In this document: piece by piece, positions 31,273-40,316 of the stretch
Position numbering within the stretch: position 1 is the stretch's first letter
Layout: each line of letters begins with the position of its first letter
Assembly (NCBI GenBank): GCA_022703585.1
Contig: JAKLDJ010000001.1
Coordinates: forward strand, 676,006 to 740,005
From: Candidatus Omnitrophota bacterium
Lineage (GTDB): Bacteria; Omnitrophota; Gorgyraeia; Zapsychrales; JAKLDJ01
Length of the DNA: 64,000 nucleotides
Reading direction: 5' to 3'
Notes under the pieces: model-generated
Seen by the model: the letters and a program-made list of their open reading frames with translations, nothing else
What the model was told of the DNA's origin: nothing
Database searches by the model: none
Position numbers and translations under genes: made by a program

Positions 31273-32085
31273 ATGAACCCGAAGGGAAATGCGTCATTAC
31301 CAGAGAGAAACCCATCATTAAATTTCCAGAGCTTCGCAGGGTCCGTGAGCATGAATAGCCTATCGCTTATTATCCCGGTCTACAACGAAGAAGAAAATAT
31401 CTTGCCCCTTTTATCGGCGGTTAGGAAAACGATACCTCTGGTATGCGGTGATTTTGAGGTCATTTTAATCGATGATGCCAGCACAGACGGAACTCCGGGG
31501 ATACTTGATGCTGTCGCCGCGACCGACGGGAAGATAAAAATTCTGCATAATCAGAAAAACAGGACATCAGGCGGAGCCTTAAAAGAAGGTTTTAAAGTTG
31601 CCGGTAAAGAATTGGTATTATATTTCGATGCGGATTTGCCGTTCGATTTAAGCGAGACAGGGAAAGCCATAGCACTGTTGGGAAAAGAAAATGCAGATTT
31701 TATATCTGCCTACAGGCTGAATAGAAACGCAGACGGGATACAAAGATCGATTTACAGCTATATTTATAACGCAATGGTCAATTCCTTGTTTGACCTGGGC
31801 TTAAAGGATGTCGGTTTTTCGTTTAAGCTGTTTAAGCGTGAAATATTAGAGAATATTGTATTACATTCCGAAAGCCCATTTATTAATGCCGAAATGCTCA
31901 TTAGCGCGCGACAGGCGGGGTACAGGATACTGCAATTTCCGACAGTTTATTATCCTCGTACTAAGGGGCGATCGAATATTTTTAGGGTTGCAGTTGTTGC
32001 AAAGATGATTCAGGAGCTGTTCCGTTTTTATTTCTATATACGTAAGTGCCAAGTGCAAGAACAAAAAAGACGCAAAAAAAAGTGA
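31273..32085 (+). CDS. GT2 family glycosyltransferase (polyprenyl-phosphate sugar transferase, DPM1/GtrB-like)
   Basis: LSLIIPVYNEEENI, ILIDDASTDGT and DADL motifs. An alternative start is the ATG at 31351. Confidence 0.8.
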   Translation: MNPKGNASLPERNPSLNFQSFAGSVSMNSLSLIIPVYNEEENILPLLSAVRKTIPLVCGDFEVILIDDASTDGTPGILDAVAATDGKIKILHNQKNRTSGGALKEGFKVAGKELVLYFDADLPFDLSETGKAIALLGKENADFISAYRLNRNADGIQRSIYSYIYNAMVNSLFDLGLKDVGFSFKLFKREILENIVLHSESPFINAEMLISARQAGYRILQFPTVYYPRTKGRSNIFRVAVVAKMIQELFRFYFYIRKCQVQEQKRRKKK

Positions 32086-32180
32086 AATGCAAAAAAGCGT
32101 GACAGTTACCCAAATTTCTGCTTTTAAAGAAATCTTATAGGTTCAATATAGAATCCTTTGGGTTGCCCCCCATGCTTCAT

Positions 32181-32405
32181 CTAATTTCCTATTGTTACCG
32201 GAATCCCTTCTGATAACGCTCCGTTATCATCAACAATATAAATCCAGGTTGGCTGGCCGGGTTGAAATGCCCCTTGATTGATAGCAAACGTGATCGTTTC
32301 GTCGCTCCAATCTGTGACCGGCTGATAATCTCTTGATGTGCAGGAACTCCAGTGGGCTGCTCCTGCGGTTGTCGTGCAGCAGCAAGACGCAGGGGCAGCC
32401 CCAAT
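32181..32405 (-). pseudogene. start-less duplicate of the C-terminal ~70-aa domain of the upstream MopE-like protein (domain cassette / gene remnant)
   Basis: Its translation ...AHWSSCTSRDYQPVTDWSDETITFAINQGAFQPGQPTWIYIVDDNGALSEGIPVTIGN* aligns with ...ATWDSCTIRDYQTILGWSENSITVKLNQGAYEAGQTAWLYVINNDGIPSSGYPVTIGQ* of the 32419..33921 gene. The frame has no start codon (a TAA at 32406-32408 precedes it). Confidence 0.6.
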
Positions 32406-32418
32406 TTAAATTAATTCA

Positions 32419-33921
32419 TTATTGGCCGATCGTTACCGGATATCCGGACGACGGTATGCCGTCATTGTTGATCACGTATAACCAGGCTGTTTGCCCAGCT
32501 TCATACGCGCCTTGGTTCAATTTGACCGTGATGGAGTTCTCGGACCAGCCTAAAATCGTCTGGTAATCGCGAATCGTACAGGAATCCCAGGTGGCGGCAT
32601 TGCCCAGGACAACCCGCGCCCATGTGCCTTTCTGGAATACGATATCATCGAAACGCATGATGTCTGTTCTTGTTTCCAGATCGACGCAGCTCGTTGGCTG
32701 CCACTGAATATAATTCCTTAATAACGTCCCGTCATACACATAACCATTGGCGATGACGTTATTGTTCTGTTCATCAGTGCACCAGGACTGTGTCGGCCCC
32801 TCTCCGGCCAGCTGTCCGTTAAACCACACCCGGAGATACCCATCGTTGGCATAGCGCGCTGTGGCAACTTGATATTCAAATTCAATCTGCCACCAGGTCC
32901 TTTCCTCGGGCTGAATACCCCAACCGTAAGAGGTGATGCTATCAGATCCGTCACCGCATTCATGCTGGACCCCTACGAAAGGTGCGCCTAATGGGGGCAC
33001 ATCGTTAGGGCCTCCGGCTGCATTCCATCCAACTCTCATGCCCGGGGGTGTTAAGCTTGCGGGATTTCCGTGATTGAGGGGGCCCCAAATTTTCCACTGC
33101 TGGGGGCAGTCGGGCCCGTACTGTTGTGCCCCACCGTAGGTTGACCAGATGAACGTACTCATGTAGACCTTGTCTCCGGGCCGGACATTTAACCCGCTTC
33201 TCCAGGTAATATCATTGATCTGGCTCCCTGTAATTCTATCCGGGCGGATTGACCTTGCGTTTAGGCCGTGACCATTACGAAGATCTTCGTTAGAAAACCT
33301 TTCCGCATCGCGCGAACCGGGAGGATTACCGGAAGATACGCTCCAGGGAGAATCGTCAATATCCACAAAAGACTCATTGACCCCCCAGTCCCATGTCTCA
33401 AAAAACGATTCCGGTGCGATTTCCCTGTTCCCAAATCCGCTTCCGGTCATAGTGAACGTCTGGTCGTGAACTAAGCTGGAGGGAAAAACAGAATTTACTA
33501 CGACATCGCCCTCCTGCGGGCATTGCTCTATTGTTCCATCGCAGTTTTCATCGATGTCATTACCGCAGATCTCATCGGCACCGGGGTTGACGGCAGGGTC
33601 GTTGTCGTTGCAATCGTCACCGTAAGGAATAGCATCATAACCGTCATTGTCGCTGTCGTAATCGCAAGGCAAATCCGTACCTGAACAGTCTTCGTCAATA
33701 CCATTGCCGCAGATTTCAACAGCATTAGGATGGATGGCGGGGTTAAGATCGTTGCAGTCATCACCGCCGTATTTTACGTAGATATACCCATCCCGGTCAG
33801 CATCACGAACAGGTGGATTGCTGCCGCCCATGTTCCCTATGTCTCTGTTGGCCCCATAGGCGCTACAGGTGATTATAATGAATGCAGAAAACAAGCTCAG
33901 AATAATCATTAGTTTCTTCAT
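32419..33921 (-). CDS. secreted protein with two MopE-like Cys/Asp-rich putative metal-binding repeats and a C-terminal beta-rich domain
   Basis: Signal peptide. Repeats of the form DxDxDGY...DDCNDxxPAxxPxAxExCGNxIDExC, recalled as the PF11617-type motif. Confidence 0.6.
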   Translation of the reverse strand: MKKLMIILSLFSAFIIITCSAYGANRDIGNMGGSNPPVRDADRDGYIYVKYGGDDCNDLNPAIHPNAVEICGNGIDEDCSGTDLPCDYDSDNDGYDAIPYGDDCNDNDPAVNPGADEICGNDIDENCDGTIEQCPQEGDVVVNSVFPSSLVHDQTFTMTGSGFGNREIAPESFFETWDWGVNESFVDIDDSPWSVSSGNPPGSRDAERFSNEDLRNGHGLNARSIRPDRITGSQINDITWRSGLNVRPGDKVYMSTFIWSTYGGAQQYGPDCPQQWKIWGPLNHGNPASLTPPGMRVGWNAAGGPNDVPPLGAPFVGVQHECGDGSDSITSYGWGIQPEERTWWQIEFEYQVATARYANDGYLRVWFNGQLAGEGPTQSWCTDEQNNNVIANGYVYDGTLLRNYIQWQPTSCVDLETRTDIMRFDDIVFQKGTWARVVLGNAATWDSCTIRDYQTILGWSENSITVKLNQGAYEAGQTAWLYVINNDGIPSSGYPVTIGQ

Positions 33922-34262
33922 GGCGCTATCCTCCTCAACCCCTGTTTATTATTCCGTAAAGCTTTCTAAAAATTGATCATGTCCGGCAAGTTGCCTTAAT
34001 CGAGCAACACAATTAAAGGATATCATCACTATCGGGGGTTTACAAGGTAGCCCGGCCGTCCTCAGGAAAGCGTTTTTATCGTTGGGAAGGGGCCAGCGGC
34101 CCTTGGTATCTCTTTAATATTATTAAAAGGAAGAAATATAGCTATGGGGAAATTCCATTAGGAAAATGGGCTAAGATGCCGGGGAGAGAAGTATGGACAA
34201 AGAGACGGGTGCAAGCTTGAAGGCCGTTGACTTTTTAAAGGGCGAGGATAATCCGCGATTGC

Positions 34263-34297
34263 CTTAGGGCGCCGTTGCCGAGCAACGGCGCCCTAAG
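34263..34297. promoter_or_regulatory. perfect 16-bp-arm palindrome (CTTAGGGCGCCGTTGC cga GCAACGGCGCCCTAAG) followed by a T-run, 12 nt upstream of the marR -35
   Basis: Seen directly in the sequence. It could be a terminator/insulator or a MarR operator. Confidence 0.5.
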
Positions 34298-34309
34298 TTA
34301 TTTTTCCCC

Positions 34310-34338
34310 TTGACAACTCGATTCGTATAGGCTAATAT
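34310..34338 (+). promoter_or_regulatory. sigma70-type promoter of the marR-efflux operon (TTGACA-17-TAATAT)
   Basis: TTGACA at 34310-34315 and TAATAT at 34333-34338. Confidence 0.5.
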
Positions 34339-34381
34339 TTAGTATAAGCTAAGTAAATCCATTTGACTCGGACAGGAGCCT

Positions 34382-34825
34382 ATGACTGTAACAAACCGAA
34401 AAGATTTAAGCCGTGCCATTGCGAGGATGGTTCCCTATATTATCCAGGGGGCCCAGCTGGGCTTTTTAGCCGGACGGGCTATTACCCATACGCAATTTTT
34501 TGTGCTTGTGTCTGTTCATTCGGCTGAAAGTTGCGCCATGAAAACCTTAGCCGAAAATATGAAGGTCAGTATGCCCACGATGTCGGGGATCGTTGAGCGT
34601 TTGGTTAAAGCCGGATTGCTGCGCCGGTTGGATAATCCCGGCGACCGCCGCCAGGTCATGGTGGGTTTAACGGCGGAAGGAAAAAATGTTATCAGCCAAT
34701 TTCAGGATGTCATCAGCCGTCGCTGGGAAGAAGTTCTGGAAATCTTAAACGCCGGCGAAATGGATTCGTTGCGCGTCGTTATGGAAAAAATCGCGCAAGG
34801 ATTAGGAAGGAAGAATAAGGAATGA
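34382..34825 (+). CDS. MarR family transcriptional regulator
   Basis: Winged-helix region MSGIVERLVKAGLLRRLDNPGDRRQVMVGLTAEGK. Confidence 0.8.
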   Translation: MTVTNRKDLSRAIARMVPYIIQGAQLGFLAGRAITHTQFFVLVSVHSAESCAMKTLAENMKVSMPTMSGIVERLVKAGLLRRLDNPGDRRQVMVGLTAEGKNVISQFQDVISRRWEEVLEILNAGEMDSLRVVMEKIAQGLGRKNKE

Positions 34826-36147
34826 AATTTTATAGATTCATAGCGGTGATTGTCTTTGCGGTTGCGGCTATCGCCTATCCGTCGTTCGCCCAGGACAAGG
34901 CCGAGATTTTATCGTTAGGCTTGGGCGATGTCCTTAAGATGGCCGTTCAGCGGGATGCCCGCATTATCATGGCCGAAGAAAGAGTGGCGCAGTCCGTGGC
35001 GCGTTTGGGCCAGAGCCGTTCGGTTTTTTTGCCGCAGTTAACGGCCTCGGCTTCCCAAAAAAGACAGACGAGCGATTTACGCTCTGTCGGTATTTCCTTA
35101 GGGGGGAATCCGAAGATTGGCCCGTACAATTCTTTTGACGCGCGGATCAAATTAACCCAAACCATTTTTGATGCCGCGGCCATCAAACGATTGCAGGCGG
35201 CGGGAGAAAACCGGCAGTTGTCGCTGGCCGAACAAAGAAAGACGCGCGAAGATGTTTTGGCGCTGGTCGCCGTCCTTTTTATCGATGCTCAAAGAGCCGA
35301 GGAAAGAGTTGAGCCTTTGAAACTTTGTTTAAAGCGGGATGAAAAACTTCTTTCTATTGCCGAAAAACGGTTTTCTCTCGGCACAGCCTCGGCGCTGGAA
35401 TTAAAGCAGGCCAAGGCCGATTATTTCTTAAGCCGGCACAACCTTACCGCGGCGCACAGAGAGCAAAACGAACGCAAGCTGGATCTGCTGGCGGCGCTGG
35501 GAATACCTTTTGAACAATCTGTTGTCCTGGTTAAGGCCGAATCCTTGCCCGAAATATTTCTGCCGCCGGAGGAAAAAGATTTTGACGTATCCCGCCATCC
35601 CGATGTCGAAGTTGCTCAAAAGCAGCTGGATCAGAACAAAAAGATCTCTTCCGCCGAGCGGGCGGATTTCTTGCCGAAGATCTCCGGCATCGCGGATTAC
35701 GGTTCCAACGGCGAGAACCCGGATAATTCAAGCAATGTTTACATGCTCGGCGTTCAGGCCACGTTGCCGATCTTTGAAGGGGGAAACAGGATATCCCGCA
35801 TCCGCGAGGCGGATAGCCGGGTTAAAGAGAATCAGGCCAATGTCGAAAGCGTTAAGCGCTACGCCCGGGCCGGCACAATCGTTACCCGCGAGAAAATCGA
35901 AGAGGCCCGGGCGCTTGTCGAGCAGCGGCAGGCCGAATGGGAAGTTCTCCGTCAGGCTTTGGATGTAGCCGCGAACCGTTTTCAGTCGGGGCTCGGCAGT
36001 GAAACCGATGTTATTGAAGCCGAAACTGATCTTGCCCTGGCCGCTGACCAAAGAGATGAAGCGTTGGCGTTTTATCTGACGGCCCAAATCAACCGGGTGC
36101 ATGCCTTGGGGCAGATAAGCGTTTTAAGCGAACAATTTAGAAAATAG
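34822..36147 (+). CDS. TolC-family outer-membrane efflux protein
   Basis: Signal peptide and two-repeat OEP architecture with heptad-rich helices. Its start overlaps the marR stop. Confidence 0.75.
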   Translation: MKFYRFIAVIVFAVAAIAYPSFAQDKAEILSLGLGDVLKMAVQRDARIIMAEERVAQSVARLGQSRSVFLPQLTASASQKRQTSDLRSVGISLGGNPKIGPYNSFDARIKLTQTIFDAAAIKRLQAAGENRQLSLAEQRKTREDVLALVAVLFIDAQRAEERVEPLKLCLKRDEKLLSIAEKRFSLGTASALELKQAKADYFLSRHNLTAAHREQNERKLDLLAALGIPFEQSVVLVKAESLPEIFLPPEEKDFDVSRHPDVEVAQKQLDQNKKISSAERADFLPKISGIADYGSNGENPDNSSNVYMLGVQATLPIFEGGNRISRIREADSRVKENQANVESVKRYARAGTIVTREKIEEARALVEQRQAEWEVLRQALDVAANRFQSGLGSETDVIEAETDLALAADQRDEALAFYLTAQINRVHALGQISVLSEQFRK

Positions 36148-36171
36148 AAAATTTAAAAACAGGAGAGTCCC

Positions 36172-36861
36172 GTGAGAAATTATTGTTTGGGTTTGATGTT
36201 TTTCGCCGCTTTTGTTCTGGCGGGTTGCAATGGCAATGGAGGAACTAAAGAGCTTAAGTTTTCCGGAACCCTGGAATTAAATGAACATTCCGTCGGTGCC
36301 AGGGCCGCCGGGCGTATCGTGAGCCTTTCAGTGGATGAGGGAAGCGAGGTAAAGAAGGGCCAGCTTTTAGCCACCCTGGACCGCTACGAACAATTCAAGA
36401 AAGATTTTGACCGCGTCCGGCAACTTTTTGAACAGGGCGGTACCAACCAACAAGGGGTAGAGAATGCCCAGCTTATCTGGGATGACCAGGCGGTTTTTTC
36501 TCCGGTGGATGGTGTGGTCTTAGTCAAGGTACGGGAAATGGGAGAGGTGGTTTCCGCCGGGTCGCCGGTCGCGGTTATCGGGGACCGTTCTAATGTATGG
36601 GTTAGGATTTATGTCCCGGAAGGGGTGATCAATAAAATTAAAATGAATCAGCCGGCTGTATTATATTTTGACGGCCTTAAAAAAACATTTAACGGCCGCG
36701 TGAGTTTTATTGCTTCTCAAGCGGAATTTACTCCCCGCAACGTCCAGACCCAGGAAGAGCGGATCACCCAGACCTTTGCGGTTAAAGTGACCTTGGAAAA
36801 CCCGGAACCATTCTTGCGCCCTGGCGTTTCCTGTGATGTTATGATCCGGGTGGCGCCGTAA
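36172..36861 (+). CDS. efflux periplasmic adaptor (HlyD/MFP family) lipoprotein
   Basis: Lipobox LAGC. Biotinyl-lipoyl-like hairpin and beta-barrel motifs (GQLLATLD, VRIYVPE). Confidence 0.7.
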   Translation: MRNYCLGLMFFAAFVLAGCNGNGGTKELKFSGTLELNEHSVGARAAGRIVSLSVDEGSEVKKGQLLATLDRYEQFKKDFDRVRQLFEQGGTNQQGVENAQLIWDDQAVFSPVDGVVLVKVREMGEVVSAGSPVAVIGDRSNVWVRIYVPEGVINKIKMNQPAVLYFDGLKKTFNGRVSFIASQAEFTPRNVQTQEERITQTFAVKVTLENPEPFLRPGVSCDVMIRVAP

Positions 36862-36874
36862 ACCAATATTTCCT

Positions 36875-37813
36875 ATGAATACTTCTGTCGCGATTGATGT
36901 CAGGGATTTAAGCCGCCATTTTGGCAAATTCATCGCCGTCGATAAGGTCAATTTCTCTATCGATTACGGAGAGATATTTGGTTTCTTGGGCCCCAACGGC
37001 GCGGGGAAAAGCACGACCATCCGCATGCTCTGCGGCATTCTTGCTTCCACCGGCGGGACAGCCTCGGTGGGCGGGTTTGATGTCAATCGTCAATCCGAAC
37101 AAATAAAAGAGGTCATTGGCTATGTCTCGCAGCGTTTTAGTCTCTATAATGATTTGACTGCCCAGGAAAATTTGGAATTTTACGGCCGGATATATGGTAT
37201 TACCGGCAAAGACTTAGACGATCGTATTGAAGAGATCTTACGGCTGACCGGACTACAGCAATGGCGGCATCAGTTGGCGGGGATTCTTTCCGGCGGCATG
37301 AAACAAAAATTGGCCCTGGCTAACGCCATTCTACATAAACCGAAGGTCTTATTCCTGGATGAACCTACCGCCGGTATCGATCCTTTGTCGCGCCGCGCTT
37401 TGTGGGAACTTTTATATCAGATTGCCGATAGCGGCGTGGCTTTGTTTGTTACTACCCATTATATGGAGGAGGCGGAGCGCTGCAGTCATATCGCGTTTAT
37501 CAGCCAGGGAAGGATTCTAAAAATCGGCCGGCCCAATGACCTTAAAGACGAGATGACCGGGACTCTTCTGGAGGTGGAATGTTCGCCGCTGATGAAGGCC
37601 TCGAGCCTTTTTCAAAAAATTGCCGGTGTTAAGGGCGTGACCGCTTTCGGAACGACTTTGCATCTTAATACAAGTGACATGGAGCGGGTGAAGGCGGAGG
37701 TTCTAAACGCGGCGCGCTCCGGCGGGATTGACATTAAAGCGATGCGGCCTATCGGGGCTTCCTTGGAAGATGTTTTTGCATCGCTATCGGATAAACAAGA
37801 TGAAAAACATTAA
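36875..37813 (+). CDS. ABC transporter ATP-binding protein (ABC-2 type)
   Basis: Walker A GPNGAGKST, signature LSGGMKQKLALA, and Walker B LFLDEPTAGIDP. Confidence 0.9.
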   Translation: MNTSVAIDVRDLSRHFGKFIAVDKVNFSIDYGEIFGFLGPNGAGKSTTIRMLCGILASTGGTASVGGFDVNRQSEQIKEVIGYVSQRFSLYNDLTAQENLEFYGRIYGITGKDLDDRIEEILRLTGLQQWRHQLAGILSGGMKQKLALANAILHKPKVLFLDEPTAGIDPLSRRALWELLYQIADSGVALFVTTHYMEEAERCSHIAFISQGRILKIGRPNDLKDEMTGTLLEVECSPLMKASSLFQKIAGVKGVTAFGTTLHLNTSDMERVKAEVLNAARSGGIDIKAMRPIGASLEDVFASLSDKQDEKH

Positions 37814-38903
37814 GGCGATTGCCAAAAAAGAATTTCTTCATATCATCCGCGACCGGCGGACACTGGCGATGATTGTTCTCATGCCTTTAGTCCAACTGCT
37901 GATTTACGGCTATGCCATCAGCACTGACATTAAGCATCTGGCTCTCTATGTCTATGACGAAGACCAAAAATACTTAAGCCGCCGGCTGATCGATACGTTC
38001 GAGCAGTCGGCCTATTTTGATATTAAAAAACGTGTCTCCTCCGCCGATGAACTCTACCAGGCATTAGATAGAGGAAAGGCAAAGGCCGGTGTTTTGATTC
38101 CGCCGAACTTTACCAAGGATCTGCTGGCCGGGCGGGGGCCGAAATTGCAGCTTTTAATCGACGGCACGGATTCCAACCCGGCCACTGTTGCCCTCAATAC
38201 CAGCCAGGCTATTGTCACGGCCTTTATGCAAAGGGAAGGATTGGTTCCGGTAAGCGTGGCACCAATCGATTTTCGCCCCAGGCTCTGGTATAACCCGGAT
38301 TTAAAGAGTTCATTTTTCATGGTGCCGGGCTTGATCGGGCTTTTGTTGCAGATGTTGATTCCGATGATCACGGCCTCTGCGATTGTTCGGGAGAAGGAAA
38401 GGGGAAATATCGAACAGTTGATCGTTACCCCGATTAAGCCTTTTGAGCTTATCTTGGGAAAAATTATCCCCTATATCGCTATCGGGCTTTTGATCACGGT
38501 AACTATTGTTGTGACGTCGGGGATCCTGTTTCATATTCCGGTGCGGGGCAATCCTTTTACCTTACTTGTCTTAACATTTTTGTTTATTGTCGTCTGCCTG
38601 GGGATAGGGCTTTTGGCTTCGACGTTGGCCGACAATCAGCAGCAGGCGACCCAGGTGATTATGTTTTTTATGCCGCCGTCAATTCTATTATCGGGTTTTA
38701 TCTTTCCCCGGGAGACCATGCCGCTTTTTGTCTATTACCTTAGTTACGCCATTCCGCTTACGTATTTTGTAAAAATTATCCGCGGGATTATTTTAAAAGG
38801 GCTGGGTTTTGCCGGGCTGTGGGACCAGATTTTGCCTCTGGTCCTGATGGCTGCTATTGTCTTGATTTTAAGCGTTAAAAGGTTCCATAAACGGCTTGCG
38901 TAA
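37800..38903 (+). CDS. ABC-2 family transporter permease
   Basis: Six-TM ABC-2 permease. The start ATG at 37800 overlaps the ATPase stop. Confidence 0.8.
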   Translation: MKNIKAIAKKEFLHIIRDRRTLAMIVLMPLVQLLIYGYAISTDIKHLALYVYDEDQKYLSRRLIDTFEQSAYFDIKKRVSSADELYQALDRGKAKAGVLIPPNFTKDLLAGRGPKLQLLIDGTDSNPATVALNTSQAIVTAFMQREGLVPVSVAPIDFRPRLWYNPDLKSSFFMVPGLIGLLLQMLIPMITASAIVREKERGNIEQLIVTPIKPFELILGKIIPYIAIGLLITVTIVVTSGILFHIPVRGNPFTLLVLTFLFIVVCLGIGLLASTLADNQQQATQVIMFFMPPSILLSGFIFPRETMPLFVYYLSYAIPLTYFVKIIRGIILKGLGFAGLWDQILPLVLMAAIVLILSVKRFHKRLA

Positions 38904-39014
38904 GATCGATTACTCTTCGAAATTCCTGCCCTTGATTGCCGCGTTATTTAGTTCTTGCCAGTAAGATTAAAAAAAGATAAGATCATAGAAACAAATTTCC
39001 GGAAAGGAGGCCAT

Positions 39015-39386
39015 ATGAAAAGGTTAACAGTGTGGATGTTTATTGTTGCGTTGGCTTTGCTGCCCAGGGTTGCCTTGGCCCAGGACAAGGGCTTACATTT
39101 AGGCGGCCTGGACAAAGATGCCAAGAAGGCGAAGATCGAGGCCAAGAAGGCCGCCCAGAAGGCTGAAGTCGAGGCCAAGAAGGCCGATGTCAAGGCTGAA
39201 AAAGAGGCCAAAAAAATTAAGAAGGAAGCCGAAATAAAGGCTGAAGAAGTAAAAGAAAAGGCTGCCAAAGAGGCCGACAAGGCCCAGAAGGAAGCCGAAG
39301 AGAAAACCAGGAAAGCCAAGAAGGAAGTCGAAAAAAAGACCGAGAAAGCAAAAAAGAAGCTCAAAGAAGCGAATATCACTAAGTAG
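39015..39386 (+). CDS. secreted Lys/Ala/Glu-rich low-complexity repeat protein
   Basis: GGAGG SD and a signal peptide (ALLPRVALAQD), then KAEVEAKKA-type repeats. Confidence 0.55.
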   Translation: MKRLTVWMFIVALALLPRVALAQDKGLHLGGLDKDAKKAKIEAKKAAQKAEVEAKKADVKAEKEAKKIKKEAEIKAEEVKEKAAKEADKAQKEAEEKTRKAKKEVEKKTEKAKKKLKEANITK

Positions 39387-39432
39387 TTTTCGATTGTTTT
39401 TCTAAAGAGATTAGTAGGTGGGTGTAGTTTGA

Positions 39433-39472
39433 GGGCGCCCCCCGCCAAAGGCGGGGGGCGCCCTTCGTTTTT
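39433..39472 (+). terminator. GC-rich hairpin terminator GGGCGCCCCCCGCC-aaag-GCGGGGGGCGCCC followed by TTCGTTTTT
   Basis: Perfect 14-bp stem. The same 31-nt element recurs inverted at 43771-43801. Confidence 0.75.
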
Positions 39473-39619
39473 ATCTCTCCTCGCCTTTCGACAGCCGCGT
39501 CTTATTTATTTCCCCTTTTTTAAATAGACCCAAAATTAATTTTATGGAACTTTTTCCCCTTTCTTGCTGTCTAAGCAGTAGGAAGACGGAGAAACTAAAC
39601 ATAAAAAGGAGGGGGGGAG

Positions 39620-40207
39620 ATGAGTAAGGGATTTAATAAAAATAAGTTCTGGGTGGTTGTGGGTCTTTGCTTGACGCTTGTGCTATCTTCATCCAACGCA
39701 TTTGCCCGGGATAGAGGCGGGGAAAGAAATCATGACAGGGGCAGAAATGGAGATATATCACATCATAGAGAGGTTATTGTTGTCGGGCACCACCGATATC
39801 ATTACCGGGATGGGCACTTCTTCAGGCCGGGTTGGTTTGGTTTTGAATTCCTGATTTCTGCTCCTCCGATAGGCGCGGTTATTCGTTTTCTTCCGGCGGG
39901 GCACAGGGTTATTGTCGTCAGGAACACGACCTACTATTATTATGATAATATTTATTACCAACCCTGCCCTTCCGGATACATTGTTGTTCCGGCACCGGTG
40001 GTCAGCCCGAATGTTATTGTTGTTTCTTCTACTGTTCAGCCTCAAACATTATCCGGCGAAACAATGATTGTCAATGTTCCTAATAAAGACGGAAGTTATA
40101 CGGCGGTTACCTTGATCAAGAGTAATAACGGCTACGTCGGGCCTCAAGGGGAATTTTATTCCGGCAATCCCACCGTGGAGCAGTTGAAAGTTCTCTACGG
40201 AAAATAA
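39620..40207 (+). CDS. secreted His/Arg-rich protein, hypothetical
   Basis: Signal peptide (SSSNAFA), then RDRGGERNHDRGRNGDISHHREVIVVGHHRYHYRDGH. Confidence 0.5.
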   Translation: MSKGFNKNKFWVVVGLCLTLVLSSSNAFARDRGGERNHDRGRNGDISHHREVIVVGHHRYHYRDGHFFRPGWFGFEFLISAPPIGAVIRFLPAGHRVIVVRNTTYYYYDNIYYQPCPSGYIVVPAPVVSPNVIVVSSTVQPQTLSGETMIVNVPNKDGSYTAVTLIKSNNGYVGPQGEFYSGNPTVEQLKVLYGK

Positions 40208-40316
40208 GGGATATAATCATGTTATTGAAAATGATGTAGCAGCGTATATAATGCAAGAAGGATTTGGTTAAAAGAAACGAAGATTGATCAATTTTAACGT
40301 AACAACCGTGATAAAA

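Noticed and set aside
32195-32404. Track ORF of 69 aa on the minus strand.
   Set aside because: It is in a different frame from the one showing clear homology to the upstream protein's C-terminus. It was reinterpreted as a start-less domain cassette in the other frame.
32181-32640. Considered a diversity-generating retroelement (template repeat / variable repeat pair) because a C-terminal coding segment is duplicated just downstream.
   Set aside because: The two copies differ at many positions of all four bases (about 60% nucleotide identity), not specifically at adenines of one copy. No reverse transcriptase is nearby.
35510-35968. 152-aa ORF that is Arg/Ser/Pro-rich.
   Set aside because: It is an alternative frame inside the TolC-family gene, and its composition is typical of an off-frame translation.
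38948-39448. 166-aa minus-strand ORF.
   Set aside because: It is antisense to the Lys/Ala/Glu repeat gene, so its low-complexity Ala/Ser/Phe-rich translation is simply the mirror of the repeats.
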